From Calditrichia bacterium (GTDB taxonomy: Bacteria; Calditrichota; Calditrichia; JAJRVZ01), in the NCBI GenBank assembly GCA_963796965.1, contig CAWCNS010000009.1, forward strand, positions 64,001 to 128,000: a stretch of DNA of 64,000 bases, in the 5' to 3' direction. Below, one piece after another: positions 36,165-47,172 of the stretch; positions within the stretch are counted from its first letter, which is position 1; each line of letters begins with the position of its first letter. A program made the translations under genes and the position numbers. The notes beneath the pieces are model-generated. The model was not told the origin of the DNA. It ran no database searches and worked only from the letters and a program-made list of their open reading frames with translations.

Positions 36165-38813
36165 ATGGTTAAACCACCCAAAATACTTGAATCAATTCTG
36201 ACATTTTTTGTTGAGTACGATGAACAGGAATCCCTATGCGGTGATTTTGCTGAAACTTATGCTCTATCGCAGATAGGACCAGTAAAACACAGGCGCTTTG
36301 CTGGTATTTATTTCAGATTCCTAAACTAATCCCGGTATTTGTTATTGAATCTTTAACATGGAGTTTAGTCATGTTCAAAAATTATTTTAAAGTTGCTTTG
36401 CGAAATCTCTTGAATCAAAAGACCTATTCATTTATTAACATATCTGGTCTGGCTTTAGGAATTGCAACCTGTCTGATAATATTTTTATACCTGAGAGCGG
36501 AGCTTAGTTATGATAAATTCCATGAACACACAGACAGGATTTTCCGCCTTGAGAGACAAAACCTTGGACCAAATGGTGAGATTAGAGGGACAGGTAATTC
36601 TTTAGCCCCTTCCTTTACACTATTTTTAGAAAAAGATTTTCCTGAATTTGAACATATTGTACGACTATATCATAGACAGACAAGAGTAAAATATGATGAG
36701 AAAAGTTTTGTTGAAAATAATCTGTTCTTTGCTGAAAAAGATATCTTTGAAGTCTTTACTCTACCAATGATAAAGGGTAATCCGGCAACAGCTTTGTCAA
36801 ATCCCTTTTCAGTTGTATTGTCACAATCAACGGCACATAAATTTTTTGGCAACGAAGATCCGATTGGTAAGAAACTGGAATTTTTCTACAATGTATTTGA
36901 AGTAACAGGGATAATAGAAGACACCCCGGAATATTCACATATTCATTTTGATATAATACCTTCCTACCTTTCCCTTAAAGGATATGGAGGGAGTTACAAT
37001 ATAAAAGAGGATTATTTTCTTGGGGCAGATAATTTCACGGATAACGTAACCTACACCTACGCCAGATTAGCAAGAAATGTAGATCCACAGGTTCTATATT
37101 CAAAAATTCCTGACTTTCTTGATAGAAATATACCACCTGTCACTTTAGGCGACGGAAGCGTTAAAAAGGTTAGCGAACTTGTAAACATTGGCTTGAGAAA
37201 CATTACGGACATCCATATCCGGGGAGATGGTGACACGGATATTGAACCAGTAACAGATTCAGCCTATATCACCATTTTTACGCTCGTAGCTGTTTTTATT
37301 TTAATTATCGCCTGTATAAATTTTATTAATCTTTCAACAGCCCGCGGTGCAAAAAGAGCAAAAGAGGTTGGTTTAAGAACAGTGGTAGGCGCAACCCGTT
37401 CTTCTTTAATCACACAATTTATCGGAGAATCGGTTTTTCTTTCATTTCTTTCATTACTCCTGGCCATTATTCTGGTTGTATTATCACTCCCCTATTTCGA
37501 ATCCTTCATCGGCACAGATCTTCGGTTTAATATATTTACCGATCCCTTTATTTTAATCATTCTTGTAGGAATATTTCTTACAGCTGGAATTATTTCGGGG
37601 CTGTATCCTGCTTTTTATTTATCATCGTTCAATTCAGCAACAATTCTACGAGGTGAAATTACAAAAGGCAGTAAGGGAACTTTTTTTAGAAAGACATTGG
37701 TGGTCTTTCAATTTGCAATCTCTGCCGCTTTGATTATGAGTGTAAGTGTCATTTACAATCAAATGAATTATATGCGGGATGCTGACCTGGGATTCGACAA
37801 AGAGAATGTAATGCTTATTTCTATCGACCAGACTATGAGAAAACATTATAAAGCATTTAAGGAAAATTTACTACAAAGTCGCAACATCATTTCTGTTACA
37901 GCATCCAAAAGGGCCCCTTCAGGATTCCTCAACGATTCGCCGGGTTTCGAAATGGAGACTAAACGGAGAAATTCTAAACAGGCCGTTTAGGATGCCTCAT
38001 AATCGCGTTTGGCATGATTTCTTTAAAACCTATAAGATGGAAATTATCGCTGGTAGGGACTTATCGATTGATCATCCCACCGACGATAGTTTAGCCTATA
38101 TAATAAACGAAACTGCCTGTCGTCATCTAGGAATTGAGAATCCTAATGATGTATTAGGAGCCAGGTTTAAAGCGGCTGGTGCTGTTGAAGGAAAAATTAT
38201 CGGGGTAGTTAAAGATTTTAATTATGAAACCCTTCGAAATGATATCGTCCCTGTTGTAACCTATATCACCGGATATGTTAATACGCTATCAATAAGAATT
38301 GCTCCCGGAGATTACCAGAATTCTATCGAACATATAAAAAATACTTTTGCCAGGTATAATCCCGGGGCAAGTTTTGAATATACTTTCTTAGATGAAAGAC
38401 TTGATGCTTTATATAAAAACGAAGCGACGATGATGGAATTGTTTGGATATTTTAGTGTGTTGGCCCTTATTATAGGCTGTTTAGGTTTATTTGGCTTAGC
38501 GTCTTTTACAGCAGAACAGAAAACAAAAGAGATAGGGATAAGAAAAACATTGGGCGCATCAGTCGGGAACATAACATTTTATTTATCTTATCAATTTACA
38601 CAGTGGGTAGTGATTGCCAACCTTATTGCCATGCCGATTATCTATATTTACATGAATGACTGGTTAAATAATTTTGCCTATAGAACAAATATTGAGATCT
38701 CTATTTTTGTAATCAGTATAACTCTATCATTGGCCATTGCTCTCCTAACCGTAGGTTCACAAATAATTAAAGTAGCCTTACAGAATCCAGTCATAGCCCT
38801 TCGGGCAGAATAG
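36165..38813 (+). CDS. Duplicated MacB/FtsX-type ABC permease with N-terminal prefix domain (frameshifts near 36260-36360 and 37980)
   Basis: Prefix MVKPPKILE...LCGDFAE at 36165; MFKNYFKVALRNL; IACINFINLSTAR; RAKEVGLR; KTKEIGIRKTLGA; NPVIALRAE. Confidence 0.85.
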
Positions 38814-38844
38814 ATTTTATTTACACACCGCATAGCAGTCCATA

Positions 38845-38911
38845 AATAAAAAAAGGTCCTGCGGACCCCCCCCCCCAGGGCTCAAGCGGGCTGGACGGCC
38901 ATCTCACCGAA
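38845..38911 (-). repeat. Junction element copy A (tRNA-Asp-like 3' end plus terminator)
   Basis: Plus strand GCGGGCTGGACGGCCATCTCACCGAA preceded by an A-tract and an imperfect hairpin. Confidence 0.7.
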
Positions 38912-39345
38912 TGCTAATTTTCGACAGTGATATGAAAAAGCATAATAATATGTTCTATGGAGATTTATACGAATATCCTCCAGATTATTATTCACATTGT
39001 TTACAGTAAATTGAATGCCTAGTACTATCGAAGGAGCTCATCGCCAAAATTTTTTAGTCTAACAACCAGGCCATACAAACATTGCTCAATCAACCAATGC
39101 CCGCGGGTTCACATAAAGTAGAATTTTCCTAAACGTAAATAATTTTTATAAAACTAATCACCCATCAGGACCAGCAGCAAGCTGCCCCTTTATTTTAATC
39201 ATCGTTTCATACATTCAATTATTGGCAATACAATAAATAAAAAGATAAAAGCTGTTTGAATAACATTATTTTGCAGGTATATTAAATGAGCATTAATAAA
39301 TTATTACCCTGATTAAAATAACGATCAAAAAAAGTGGAGGCTGAA

Positions 39346-40005
39346 ATGAAGGTTCTTAGAATTTTAACTCTTGGTACTCTTTTGGTCACTTGTATCCAGG
39401 CACAGGAATATCAGGTTGGAGATCATGAACTATTGTTGATGCCGACGGCTTATACGATGGAAACCGGTCAGTCGTATTTTTCTGATTATGAACTGGTATT
39501 TTTAAATTATACCTATGCTGTTACACCCAGTACGCATGTGGGTATTTTCACTCTTTTTCCGATCACCAAAGATTTTCTTGAAACCGTAACCCTGGGTGTG
39601 AAGCAAAAATACCTGAGCAGTGACTTTGTATCTTCTGCTCTCTGGGTTAGTTATACACCCAAAGTTAGTGGTGTGACTGTAGGGAATGTATTCAGTTTTG
39701 GGAAACCGTCGCATGGTTTTCATGTTGGTCTTGCTACAGCCTCCTCTTTTGATGAAAACACCGCTGAATGGCCGCTAATAATATTGCTGGGTTACCGGGT
39801 GGATATTTCAAACAAGTTATCTCTTTTAGCAGAGTACACAAATGTGGAAGCGGCGATTGAGGAGGGTTTTAACGGTCTGCTCAGTATCGGTATACGATTC
39901 AGAGGAGAGAGTATATCCTGGGAATTGGGTGGAATAAGACCGCTGGAGAGTACCGGGGATTTTCTGTTCGCCCCTCTTCTGAAAGCTACGTTCCTTATTG
40001 ACTAA
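39346..40005 (+). CDS. Hypothetical secreted or outer-membrane beta-strand protein
   Basis: GGAGG RBS, signal peptide, LMPTAYTM start, alternating hydrophobic strands. Confidence 0.6.
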   Translation: MKVLRILTLGTLLVTCIQAQEYQVGDHELLLMPTAYTMETGQSYFSDYELVFLNYTYAVTPSTHVGIFTLFPITKDFLETVTLGVKQKYLSSDFVSSALWVSYTPKVSGVTVGNVFSFGKPSHGFHVGLATASSFDENTAEWPLIILLGYRVDISNKLSLLAEYTNVEAAIEEGFNGLLSIGIRFRGESISWELGGIRPLESTGDFLFAPLLKATFLID

Positions 40006-40360
40006 TTGTAGCTCATCCAAAATCAAGTTTCCCATAAATCACCAATATCAAAGATATCGGAATGCAGGGTGTAAAAGATTCTTTTGAATATCTAGTAAAA
40101 GGAACTCATACACTACGAGAGACTAATTAATGAAGGGAAATTTCCATAGAAGAAGGTTAAAAAATAAAATAGACTTAAATGAAAAACGAGACAGCCCATT
40201 TTTGGAAGCCCGCAATCGTAAGATCCGGGGGAGTCGGTTTTACCACTTCGTCAACTTCCAGGGATGGGCTTTTTACTTATTTATGAAAGTACGCGACTTT
40301 ACTTAATACTATAAACCCAAACTATATCTAAAAAATGTGGTTACTAATTGAGGTCAGATT

Positions 40361-41227
40361 ATGTTAAAACATTTATTCATCGTTTTTTTGCTCTTCACTT
40401 TTATAGATCATTGCCAGGAGGTTTATTCCCAGGACAGTGATCAGGGGCATTTGTTTATCATTGGTGGGCGAAAAAATGCCTCTCTGATGAAGAGATATGT
40501 GCAATTAGCAGGAGGAGAACAAGCAAAAGTGGTTATTTTCCCCATGGCCAGCACTGACCCCCTGGAGGCCGCACTTTATCAAAGATATCAGTTGGAAGAA
40601 TTGGGTGTGAGCGATGTAAAATTCATTATTTGTGACAGCGCCTCAGCCGATGCCGATAGTAATTTATCGATCCTCGATGACGCAAACAGTGTTTTTTTTT
40701 CCGGAGGAGACCAGAGTCGTCTAACCAAGGCTTTATTAGGCACAAAAATGCTTGAAAGAATAAAAGAGATCTATAATAATGGCGGGATCATTGGAGGCAA
40801 TAGTGCTGGAGCAGCGGTAATGAGTAAAATAATGATCACCGGAGACGAACTAAAAAACACCGATTCGACCCGGGCCTTCATTACCATCCGGAAAGGAAAT
40901 ATCAAATACACCGAGGGTTTTGGATTTATTACTTCAGCGATTATCGATCAGCATTTTGTTCGAAGAAGAAGACATAACAGGCTCATCTCCTTAGTATTGG
41001 AGAATCCTAAACTTGTCGGTGTGGCGATTGACGAAGAAACCGCGATCATTGTTGCTCCTGATAATACATTTGAGGTTTTAGGAGATTATACGGTGATCAT
41101 TTATGACGCCACAGGTGCGGAAAATATTACCACGGATAAAAATGAGAATCTATCAGCTACGAATATCCGTATGCATATATTAAAATCAGGAGATAAGTAC
41201 GATTTGAGCAGTCGAAAAATCAGATAA
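40361..41227 (+). CDS. cphB: Secreted cyanophycinase (peptidase S51)
   Basis: Signal peptide, LFIIGG, FSGGDQSRL, GNSAGAA nucleophile motif, IDQHFVRRRRHNRL, IDEETA. Confidence 0.88.
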   Translation: MLKHLFIVFLLFTFIDHCQEVYSQDSDQGHLFIIGGRKNASLMKRYVQLAGGEQAKVVIFPMASTDPLEAALYQRYQLEELGVSDVKFIICDSASADADSNLSILDDANSVFFSGGDQSRLTKALLGTKMLERIKEIYNNGGIIGGNSAGAAVMSKIMITGDELKNTDSTRAFITIRKGNIKYTEGFGFITSAIIDQHFVRRRRHNRLISLVLENPKLVGVAIDEETAIIVAPDNTFEVLGDYTVIIYDATGAENITTDKNENLSATNIRMHILKSGDKYDLSSRKIR

Positions 41228-42624
41228 TGCAATCAAAAAAATACCGGACACCTAATACATTTTTCATTCTTTCTTCGATTATCGTAATAGTTGCCATCTC
41301 GACCTGGATAATTCCGAGTGGTGAGTATGATATGATCGCGTCGGGTGGCAAGGAATCAATCGTACCCGGCACCTATCATCAGGTTGAATCCAATCCACAG
41401 AGTATCGAGCAAATCTTTCTCGCACCGGTCAAGGGCTTTAGCGATGCCGCATTGATTATTGGTTTAGTGCTGATTGTAGGAGGTGCTTTCGCCGTTTTTA
41501 AAAAAACCAAAGCGATCGATGCTGCAATTATAGCCGTTGCCAAAGCGCACAATCGTTCAAGAATTGTCAGGCTTTTATTACTGCCAATTTTGATAACCAT
41601 GTTTTCCATTGCCGGCGCAGTTTTTGGTATGAGTGAAGAAGTTATTCCTTTTATATTGATTTTCATTCCTCTGGGACTTGTTCTCGGATATGATTCAATC
41701 ACCGGTGTTGCCATTCCCTTTATAGGAGCGGGAGCTGGATTCGCCGGTGCATTTTTAAATCCATTTACTGTCGGTATCGCCCAGGGCATTGCAGAACTAC
41801 CCTTATTCTCAGGCATTGAGTATCGGTTATTGGTATGGGTATGCATTACAGCCTTGGCTATTGTATTTGTGACCCTGTATGCAAACCGTGTGAAGAGAAA
41901 TCCGGAAAGTAGCCCGGTATTTATAAGTGATCAAAACCGGCGAGTAAATTTAGATATAACTCAAATTGCTGATTTTCAGGGTTTAACGAAACAGCAAAAA
42001 GGTGTTTTGTTAACCTTTTTAGCAGGGATACTTGTGTTAATTTTTGGTGTGCTCAGGTTACAATGGTATATTGAGGAAATCGCCGCCTTATTTCTGGCTC
42101 TGGGTATCCTGGTGGGAATCGTAGCCAGACTAAGTATTATCGAGATTACTGATTCGTTTATCTCTGGCGCAAAGGATCTTGTTGGTACTGCTCTCGTAAT
42201 TGCCCTTGCGCGTGGTATCCTGATCATTGCTGAACAGGGTCTGATCATTGATACAATCTTATTTTCTTTATCTTCCCTGATAGAGAACTTACATCCTATC
42301 GTCTCGGCACAATCCATGTTTGTTGTGCAAACCTTACTCAACTTTTTTATACCGTCGGGTAGCGGGCAGGCTGCCTTGACCATGCCGATTATGGCACCTC
42401 TCGCTGATCTGGTTGGCATTTCACGTCAAACGGCAGTTTTAGCGTTTCAGCTTGGCGATGGATTTAGCAATATGATTATACCCACTTCTGCCGTAACCAT
42501 GGGGGTTCTGACCCTGGCCGATATCCCCTGGCTAACCTGGGCACGGTGGATTCTGCCTTTAGAATTTCTTTTTCTTTTGATGGGATTTTTGCTTTTAATC
42601 CCACCATTTATAATAAACTGGTAA
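41227..42624 (+). CDS. YfcC/DcuC-family amino-acid or dipeptide transporter
   Basis: TWIIPSGEY, GMSEE, NPFTVGIAQ, PSGSGQA and FQLGDG motifs; start overlaps the cph stop. Confidence 0.88.
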   Translation: MQSKKYRTPNTFFILSSIIVIVAISTWIIPSGEYDMIASGGKESIVPGTYHQVESNPQSIEQIFLAPVKGFSDAALIIGLVLIVGGAFAVFKKTKAIDAAIIAVAKAHNRSRIVRLLLLPILITMFSIAGAVFGMSEEVIPFILIFIPLGLVLGYDSITGVAIPFIGAGAGFAGAFLNPFTVGIAQGIAELPLFSGIEYRLLVWVCITALAIVFVTLYANRVKRNPESSPVFISDQNRRVNLDITQIADFQGLTKQQKGVLLTFLAGILVLIFGVLRLQWYIEEIAALFLALGILVGIVARLSIIEITDSFISGAKDLVGTALVIALARGILIIAEQGLIIDTILFSLSSLIENLHPIVSAQSMFVVQTLLNFFIPSGSGQAALTMPIMAPLADLVGISRQTAVLAFQLGDGFSNMIIPTSAVTMGVLTLADIPWLTWARWILPLEFLFLLMGFLLLIPPFIINW

Positions 42625-42818
42625 TAACACTTGAAATTATAATGAAGATTTGTGTACGTGCCACTTCCTTATAAGATCTGGAAATTGCATCCACCTGCGC
42701 TAATTTACCTCGCTTGTCAAGAACAATTAAATACCCAATTATAATCGTAAGATTTTGACGACCTACCCTCTCTGCCAACATACAAAAGCATTCTGTTGAG
42801 TAAAAGAAAGGAGGGGAA

Positions 42819-43289
42819 TCATTCGTCCCGGATATCCTGAAGGGCCGTCAATGCTTCAGCAATGTGTTTGCGGGCCTGCCACTGGGAATTGAATATATGG
42901 ATTACTTCGCCTTTCTTATTTACCACATAGGTGACACGGCCTTCGATCTGGCCGAGGAAATTAGTCGGTACGCCAAACTGTTTTCGCACAATTCTTTTAT
43001 GATCACTGAGCAATGTAAAATTCAATCGGTGTTTAGCTGCAAATTTTTTATGACTTTCGATTTTATCTGAACTTATACCAATGACCTCCGCCCCGGCAGC
43101 TTTAAAATCTTCATATTGATCACGGAAACTGCATGCCTCTTTGGTGCAGCCTGCAGTATCGTCTTTGGGATAAAAATAAATGACCAGTTTTTTCTTACCT
43201 ACCAATGATTGGATATCAAACATATAACCGTTCTGATCCGGTAATCTGAATTCCGGAATTATACTCCCCACTTTTACTGGAGGCATCAA
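42819..43289 (-). CDS. bcp: Peroxiredoxin, BCP/PrxQ family
   Basis: YFYPKDDTAGCTKEACSFRD motif. Confidence 0.9.
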   Translation of the reverse strand: MMPPVKVGSIIPEFRLPDQNGYMFDIQSLVGKKKLVIYFYPKDDTAGCTKEACSFRDQYEDFKAAGAEVIGISSDKIESHKKFAAKHRLNFTLLSDHKRIVRKQFGVPTNFLGQIEGRVTYVVNKKGEVIHIFNSQWQARKHIAEALTALQDIRDE

Positions 43290-43407
43290 TACTCCTAACT
43301 TTGTTTCAAATTTTTTCTCGCTTAAGTCTTTAACATTGTTTAAAATATTCCCTATCCCTTAACCTATAACCAATTTTCTCCTGCTTGTTCCTTTTCACTT
43401 CTATTTA

Positions 43408-43698
43408 CTATCCCCATAATTGATACGCACAAAACAAAACTAAATAGACAGATAGATAGATGCGGTAAAAATTGCGCAAACGGATATATTCCTGATCATC
43501 AGGATAGATAGTACCAAACAAAGCCCGTATTTCCTTTAGAAAAAATGGTTTGATATTGATAATCCATTGATCGGTCTGATAAACTTTCTTGCGGAATTTA
43601 CTGCGATAGTAACCTAATGGCATCCCCCAGGTTATAAAAAGAATTAACCATATATTTTGTATTACCGTATTAAAAAATTTCATTTTTTGGGAAACCAC
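43408..43698 (-). CDS. Small membrane hypothetical protein
   Basis: Two hydrophobic segments; overlaps the end of the DUF1295 gene. Confidence 0.55.
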   Translation of the reverse strand: MVSQKMKFFNTVIQNIWLILFITWGMPLGYYRSKFRKKVYQTDQWIINIKPFFLKEIRALFGTIYPDDQEYIRLRNFYRIYLSVYLVLFCAYQLWG

Positions 43699-44467
43699 GG
43701 AATAAAGGCGCTGGTCCTCTGAACATAATCCCGGTATTCGGGTTTTGAGTCGTTAAGTGATTTTTCCAGCAAGACAACACCCGATACTTTGATAATCACT
43801 AAAGTCATCAATACCGCGCCAAAAACAGGCAGATAACTGCCTGCGGCCAGAGAGAAAAATCCAAATCCCCACCAAACAACGGCGTCGCCAAAGTAATTGG
43901 GATGTCGCGTATAGCGCCAAAAGCCATGATCAAGAACTTTTCCTTTATTTGCCGGATCGGCTTTAAACCTGACTAATTGAAAATCGCCGCCAGCCTCAAA
44001 TAAAAAACCAAAGATCCACAAAAAAATGCCCATATAATCCAAAAAATTAATCGGTATTCCGTGGCCATGATGCATCCCCCCTAACAAAGGCGCAGAGATC
44101 AGCCACATCATTATACCCTGCAGTAAAAATGTCTGAAAGAAGCTGATCCACCAGTAGCGATTTTGACCGTATTTACGACGGAAGGACTGGTAACGAAAAT
44201 CCTCACCTTTACCGATATTACGCCAGGCAAGGTAAAAGGAAAGTCTAAATCCCCAAATGACAACCAAGATTAGTATAAGGGTTTTACGATCCGGCAGACC
44301 AGTTCCATAATAATAATAGCCCCCCGCGGCAATTACAAACCCTGCTCCCCAAAAAAGATCTACAATACTGACATTTTTAAGGAGCATACTGATCGCCCAG
44401 AGAACAGACATCATTGAGAGAATGATTAGCAGCATATAAAGATAAATATCAGAAAATGTCACCATCA
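43680..44467 (-). CDS. DUF1295 family membrane protein (steroid 5-alpha-reductase-like)
   Basis: SIVDLFWG, WGFRL, GEDFRY, WRYTRHPNYFGD and TSAFIPW motifs. Confidence 0.88.
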
Positions 44468-44469
44468 TT

Positions 44470-46269
44470 TTACTCCAACATAAATGCAACAGCTGCAGCA
44501 CCGATACCGGTATTCATGCCGATGACCGGTGAAATATTAACCCTTGAAACAGGGGGAAATCCCGTCAATTTTTCCATCTCAGTTGTATACCAATCAGCCG
44601 CTTCGGTATTCTGGGCATGCAGGACAATGTAATTCCATATTCGATGATTGGCCGTTTCCCTGATTATTGTCCGCATAACCTTTTTCATATTGCCTTTTTG
44701 GCTGAATGATTTATCAAACAATTTGGCCTGACCCTGTTCATCCATCGATACGATTGGATTGATATTCATCCACTTGGCGATTTTGCCCTTAGCATAAGAA
44801 ACTCTGCCCCCGCGGACCATATAATCAAGGGTTCTGACGCTGACAAGAATCCGGGTTTTATTGATCCAGGGTCCCAGGGAATCCATAATATTTTCATGGG
44901 ACATCCCCTTTTCAATCGCCCCGGCAATACGCAGGATCAACAGACCCAATCCGCCCGAAAGGTTTTTAGAATCGACCACGTTGATGCGTTTACCCGTTTT
45001 TTTGCTGATCTTCTCCGCCGCTTTCCGGCTACTCTCAAAGGTACCACTGAATTTTTCAGTCAGGTGGATCGCAATAATCGAGTCATAATGTGAAGTTAGT
45101 CTCGTATAGTGATCTAAAAAAGCAATTTCATTGATTTGGGCTGTTTTAGGAAAATCAGGTCTCTGATCCAGCAATTGATAAAACTGATCGGGCTTGATAG
45201 TCACTTTATCCAGGTAATGATTTTCCCCGAATTGAATATTGATCGGCAGCATATGAATCTGATAATCATCCAGGATTTTTTCATCCAGATCACAGGTCGA
45301 GTCCGTTAGCAGAGCAATCGGCCATTTTCGGTTATGTACAATTTGATGCTGTCTGATCATGTCATCAGCTTTCTGAAAGGTCAGAATTCCAGCATCCTTG
45401 AGAGCGTCAAAAAGATCTGCCGGTCGGTCCGTATGCACATGAATACGTCTATATTTCGGAGATCCGGCAATAACTGTTGAATCACCAAAATCAAGTAGCA
45501 TTTTTCTAAGTACAGCCGTGGTAATTGACATATTTTTGATAAGTGCTTCTGTGCAATAGCGGAATTTGAAATCCGTATCAGCCATATCCGGCTCATGAAT
45601 TGTATCATTGCTAACCCGCAAACTGTACTTTCGTAATTGGCGGATATTTCCGCTTATAATCAGATCAAAGATCCCCTCGACGAAAACAACAAATCCTTTA
45701 GCCCCGGCATCAACCACATTGTTTTTAGCCAAAACGTCCAGTTTGTTCTTTGTTTCCTGAAGTGAACGATGCAATACTTCCATCGATTCAGCGATAGCCT
45801 GTTTAAAATCCATGAATTTGCCTTTTCGCTGATACAGATAATCTGCCCATTCACGCATGACGGTGAGCATCGTACCTTCAACAGGTTCAGATACGGCCTG
45901 ATAAACAAATTCAATCGATTTGCGGATACTAACAGCAAACTCTGAGAGTGTTAATGAAGGCTGATCGGCAATTTCTGAACTGAATCCGTATAAAAATTGG
46001 GCAAATATTATACCTGAATTCCCGCGAGCTCCGATTAAAGCCGCTTCGGCAATGAGATTAGCTGTTTTTTTTATCGAAGGTTGCGGCCGAAGACTGGTCG
46101 TAACAGACCTGACAGTAGAGGCAAGATTTGTACCGGTATCATGATCGCTGACCGGAAAGACATTGATACGGTTCAGTTCAGCCTGATGTTGAAATATTTT
46201 CTGGGCACCGGCGAGGAAAATATAATACAGGTTTCTGCCGTCAATGCTTTTTAGCAGGTTTTTACTCAT
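44470..46269 (-). CDS. DAK2-DegV fusion (fatty-acid kinase FakA/FakB-like)
   Basis: LNRINVFPVSDHDTGTNL, GARGNSG and VVDAGAKG (DAK2) fused to TDSTCDL, SGTFES and DYMVRGGR (DegV). Confidence 0.9.
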   Translation of the reverse strand: MSKNLLKSIDGRNLYYIFLAGAQKIFQHQAELNRINVFPVSDHDTGTNLASTVRSVTTSLRPQPSIKKTANLIAEAALIGARGNSGIIFAQFLYGFSSEIADQPSLTLSEFAVSIRKSIEFVYQAVSEPVEGTMLTVMREWADYLYQRKGKFMDFKQAIAESMEVLHRSLQETKNKLDVLAKNNVVDAGAKGFVVFVEGIFDLIISGNIRQLRKYSLRVSNDTIHEPDMADTDFKFRYCTEALIKNMSITTAVLRKMLLDFGDSTVIAGSPKYRRIHVHTDRPADLFDALKDAGILTFQKADDMIRQHQIVHNRKWPIALLTDSTCDLDEKILDDYQIHMLPINIQFGENHYLDKVTIKPDQFYQLLDQRPDFPKTAQINEIAFLDHYTRLTSHYDSIIAIHLTEKFSGTFESSRKAAEKISKKTGKRINVVDSKNLSGGLGLLILRIAGAIEKGMSHENIMDSLGPWINKTRILVSVRTLDYMVRGGRVSYAKGKIAKWMNINPIVSMDEQGQAKLFDKSFSQKGNMKKVMRTIIRETANHRIWNYIVLHAQNTEAADWYTTEMEKLTGFPPVSRVNISPVIGMNTGIGAAAVAFMLE

Positions 46270-46404
46270 CGTCTTATTGAAATAATGTCTGCAGGAAATA
46301 TAGTAAGTATGTTCCGCATATCCAATTATAACAACTATTTACGGGTGTTTAATATTAGATTTATACCGGACGCGAATGGTTCGAAATATATATTTATATA
46401 ACCA

Positions 46405-46490
46405 CCATTGCTAACATTCTGTTTAGCAATGGCTTATGGCGGTTAGGACTCCGAATCGTTCGCTTTGCTCACTTTACGGGACTTCCGTTT
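46405..46490 (-). repeat. Junction element copy B (divergent; ends in CCA, carries the hairpin insert)
   Basis: Minus strand AGTCCCG[TAAAGTGAGCAAAGCGAACGATTCGGA]GTCCTAACCGCCA followed by the hairpin CCATTGCTAA...TTAGCAATGG. Confidence 0.55.
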
Positions 46491-46575
46491 ATTACATAAA
46501 AATGATCTGAACGGTTGTAAATTTAAGAGATAATCATTTCCCGCTAAGATTTGCTTCAGTGGAAAAATCTATCCA

Positions 46576-47061
46576 TTATTTGACTCTGTTGTATATCATG
46601 TCGACTATAGTATCTTCTTTGGGACCATTAGGAACCAAATTAATTGCCATGGTTCTAGTTAGGGTCATGGTGTCCCCGTCAACATTAAATGAAACTGTAT
46701 CATCTATACCGGCACCTTCAACGGTCAGACTATTACCGTCTGAGGTCCAGGTACCAGCAATAGTATCTGGGCTACTATCGGTATACGTTGTTGTGACGGA
46801 GGCGGAACCATCTTCATTGAACTGCAGAATCGACGTCGTTGCTCCAGTTCCAGACATTAACAAAAATTGCGCTGCTGGTATAGTTAAATCCCCTACTGCT
46901 GTGTCATACATCTTTATAGTCACCATCTGCCAGGTGCCGACAATAGAACCATTTTGTTTCGGAGCAGGTTCCGTCCCATTGTCACAGCTGCTGCAGGTAA
47001 AAAGCATAACTGTAATTATTACACTGATTAACCCAGGTAATAAGTTAGTTGATTTTCTCAT
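46576..47061 (-). CDS. Lipocalin-like domain lipoprotein
   Basis: Lipobox (SSC), IVGTW and FNEDGS...AGTW pattern. Confidence 0.7.
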   Translation of the reverse strand: MRKSTNLLPGLISVIITVMLFTCSSCDNGTEPAPKQNGSIVGTWQMVTIKMYDTAVGDLTIPAAQFLLMSGTGATTSILQFNEDGSASVTTTYTDSSPDTIAGTWTSDGNSLTVEGAGIDDTVSFNVDGDTMTLTRTMAINLVPNGPKEDTIVDMIYNRVK

Positions 47062-47172
47062 AGCCTCTCCTTGTATTCGTTCTTAATATAATGTATTACA
47101 ATATTAAAATATTGCAAGTGTTTTCTACACTCTATATCATTAAATAAAAGTTATTAAAGAAGATATTATATT

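Noticed and set aside
38866..38876. Poly-C tract as a phase-variation switch
   Set aside because: It lies in the loop of a terminator-like hairpin, and homopolymer length is unreliable in this assembly.
46364..46386. CCGGACGCGAATGGTTCGAA as a further junction copy
   Set aside because: Only the CCGGACG and CGAA ends match and the spacing differs by one base, which is too weak to call.
46559..47086. Long antisense ORFs (e.g. 46559-47086 +, 28832-29443 -, 41379-41846 -, 10210-10638 +)
   Set aside because: They are shadows of well-supported genes on the opposite strand and have no motifs of their own.
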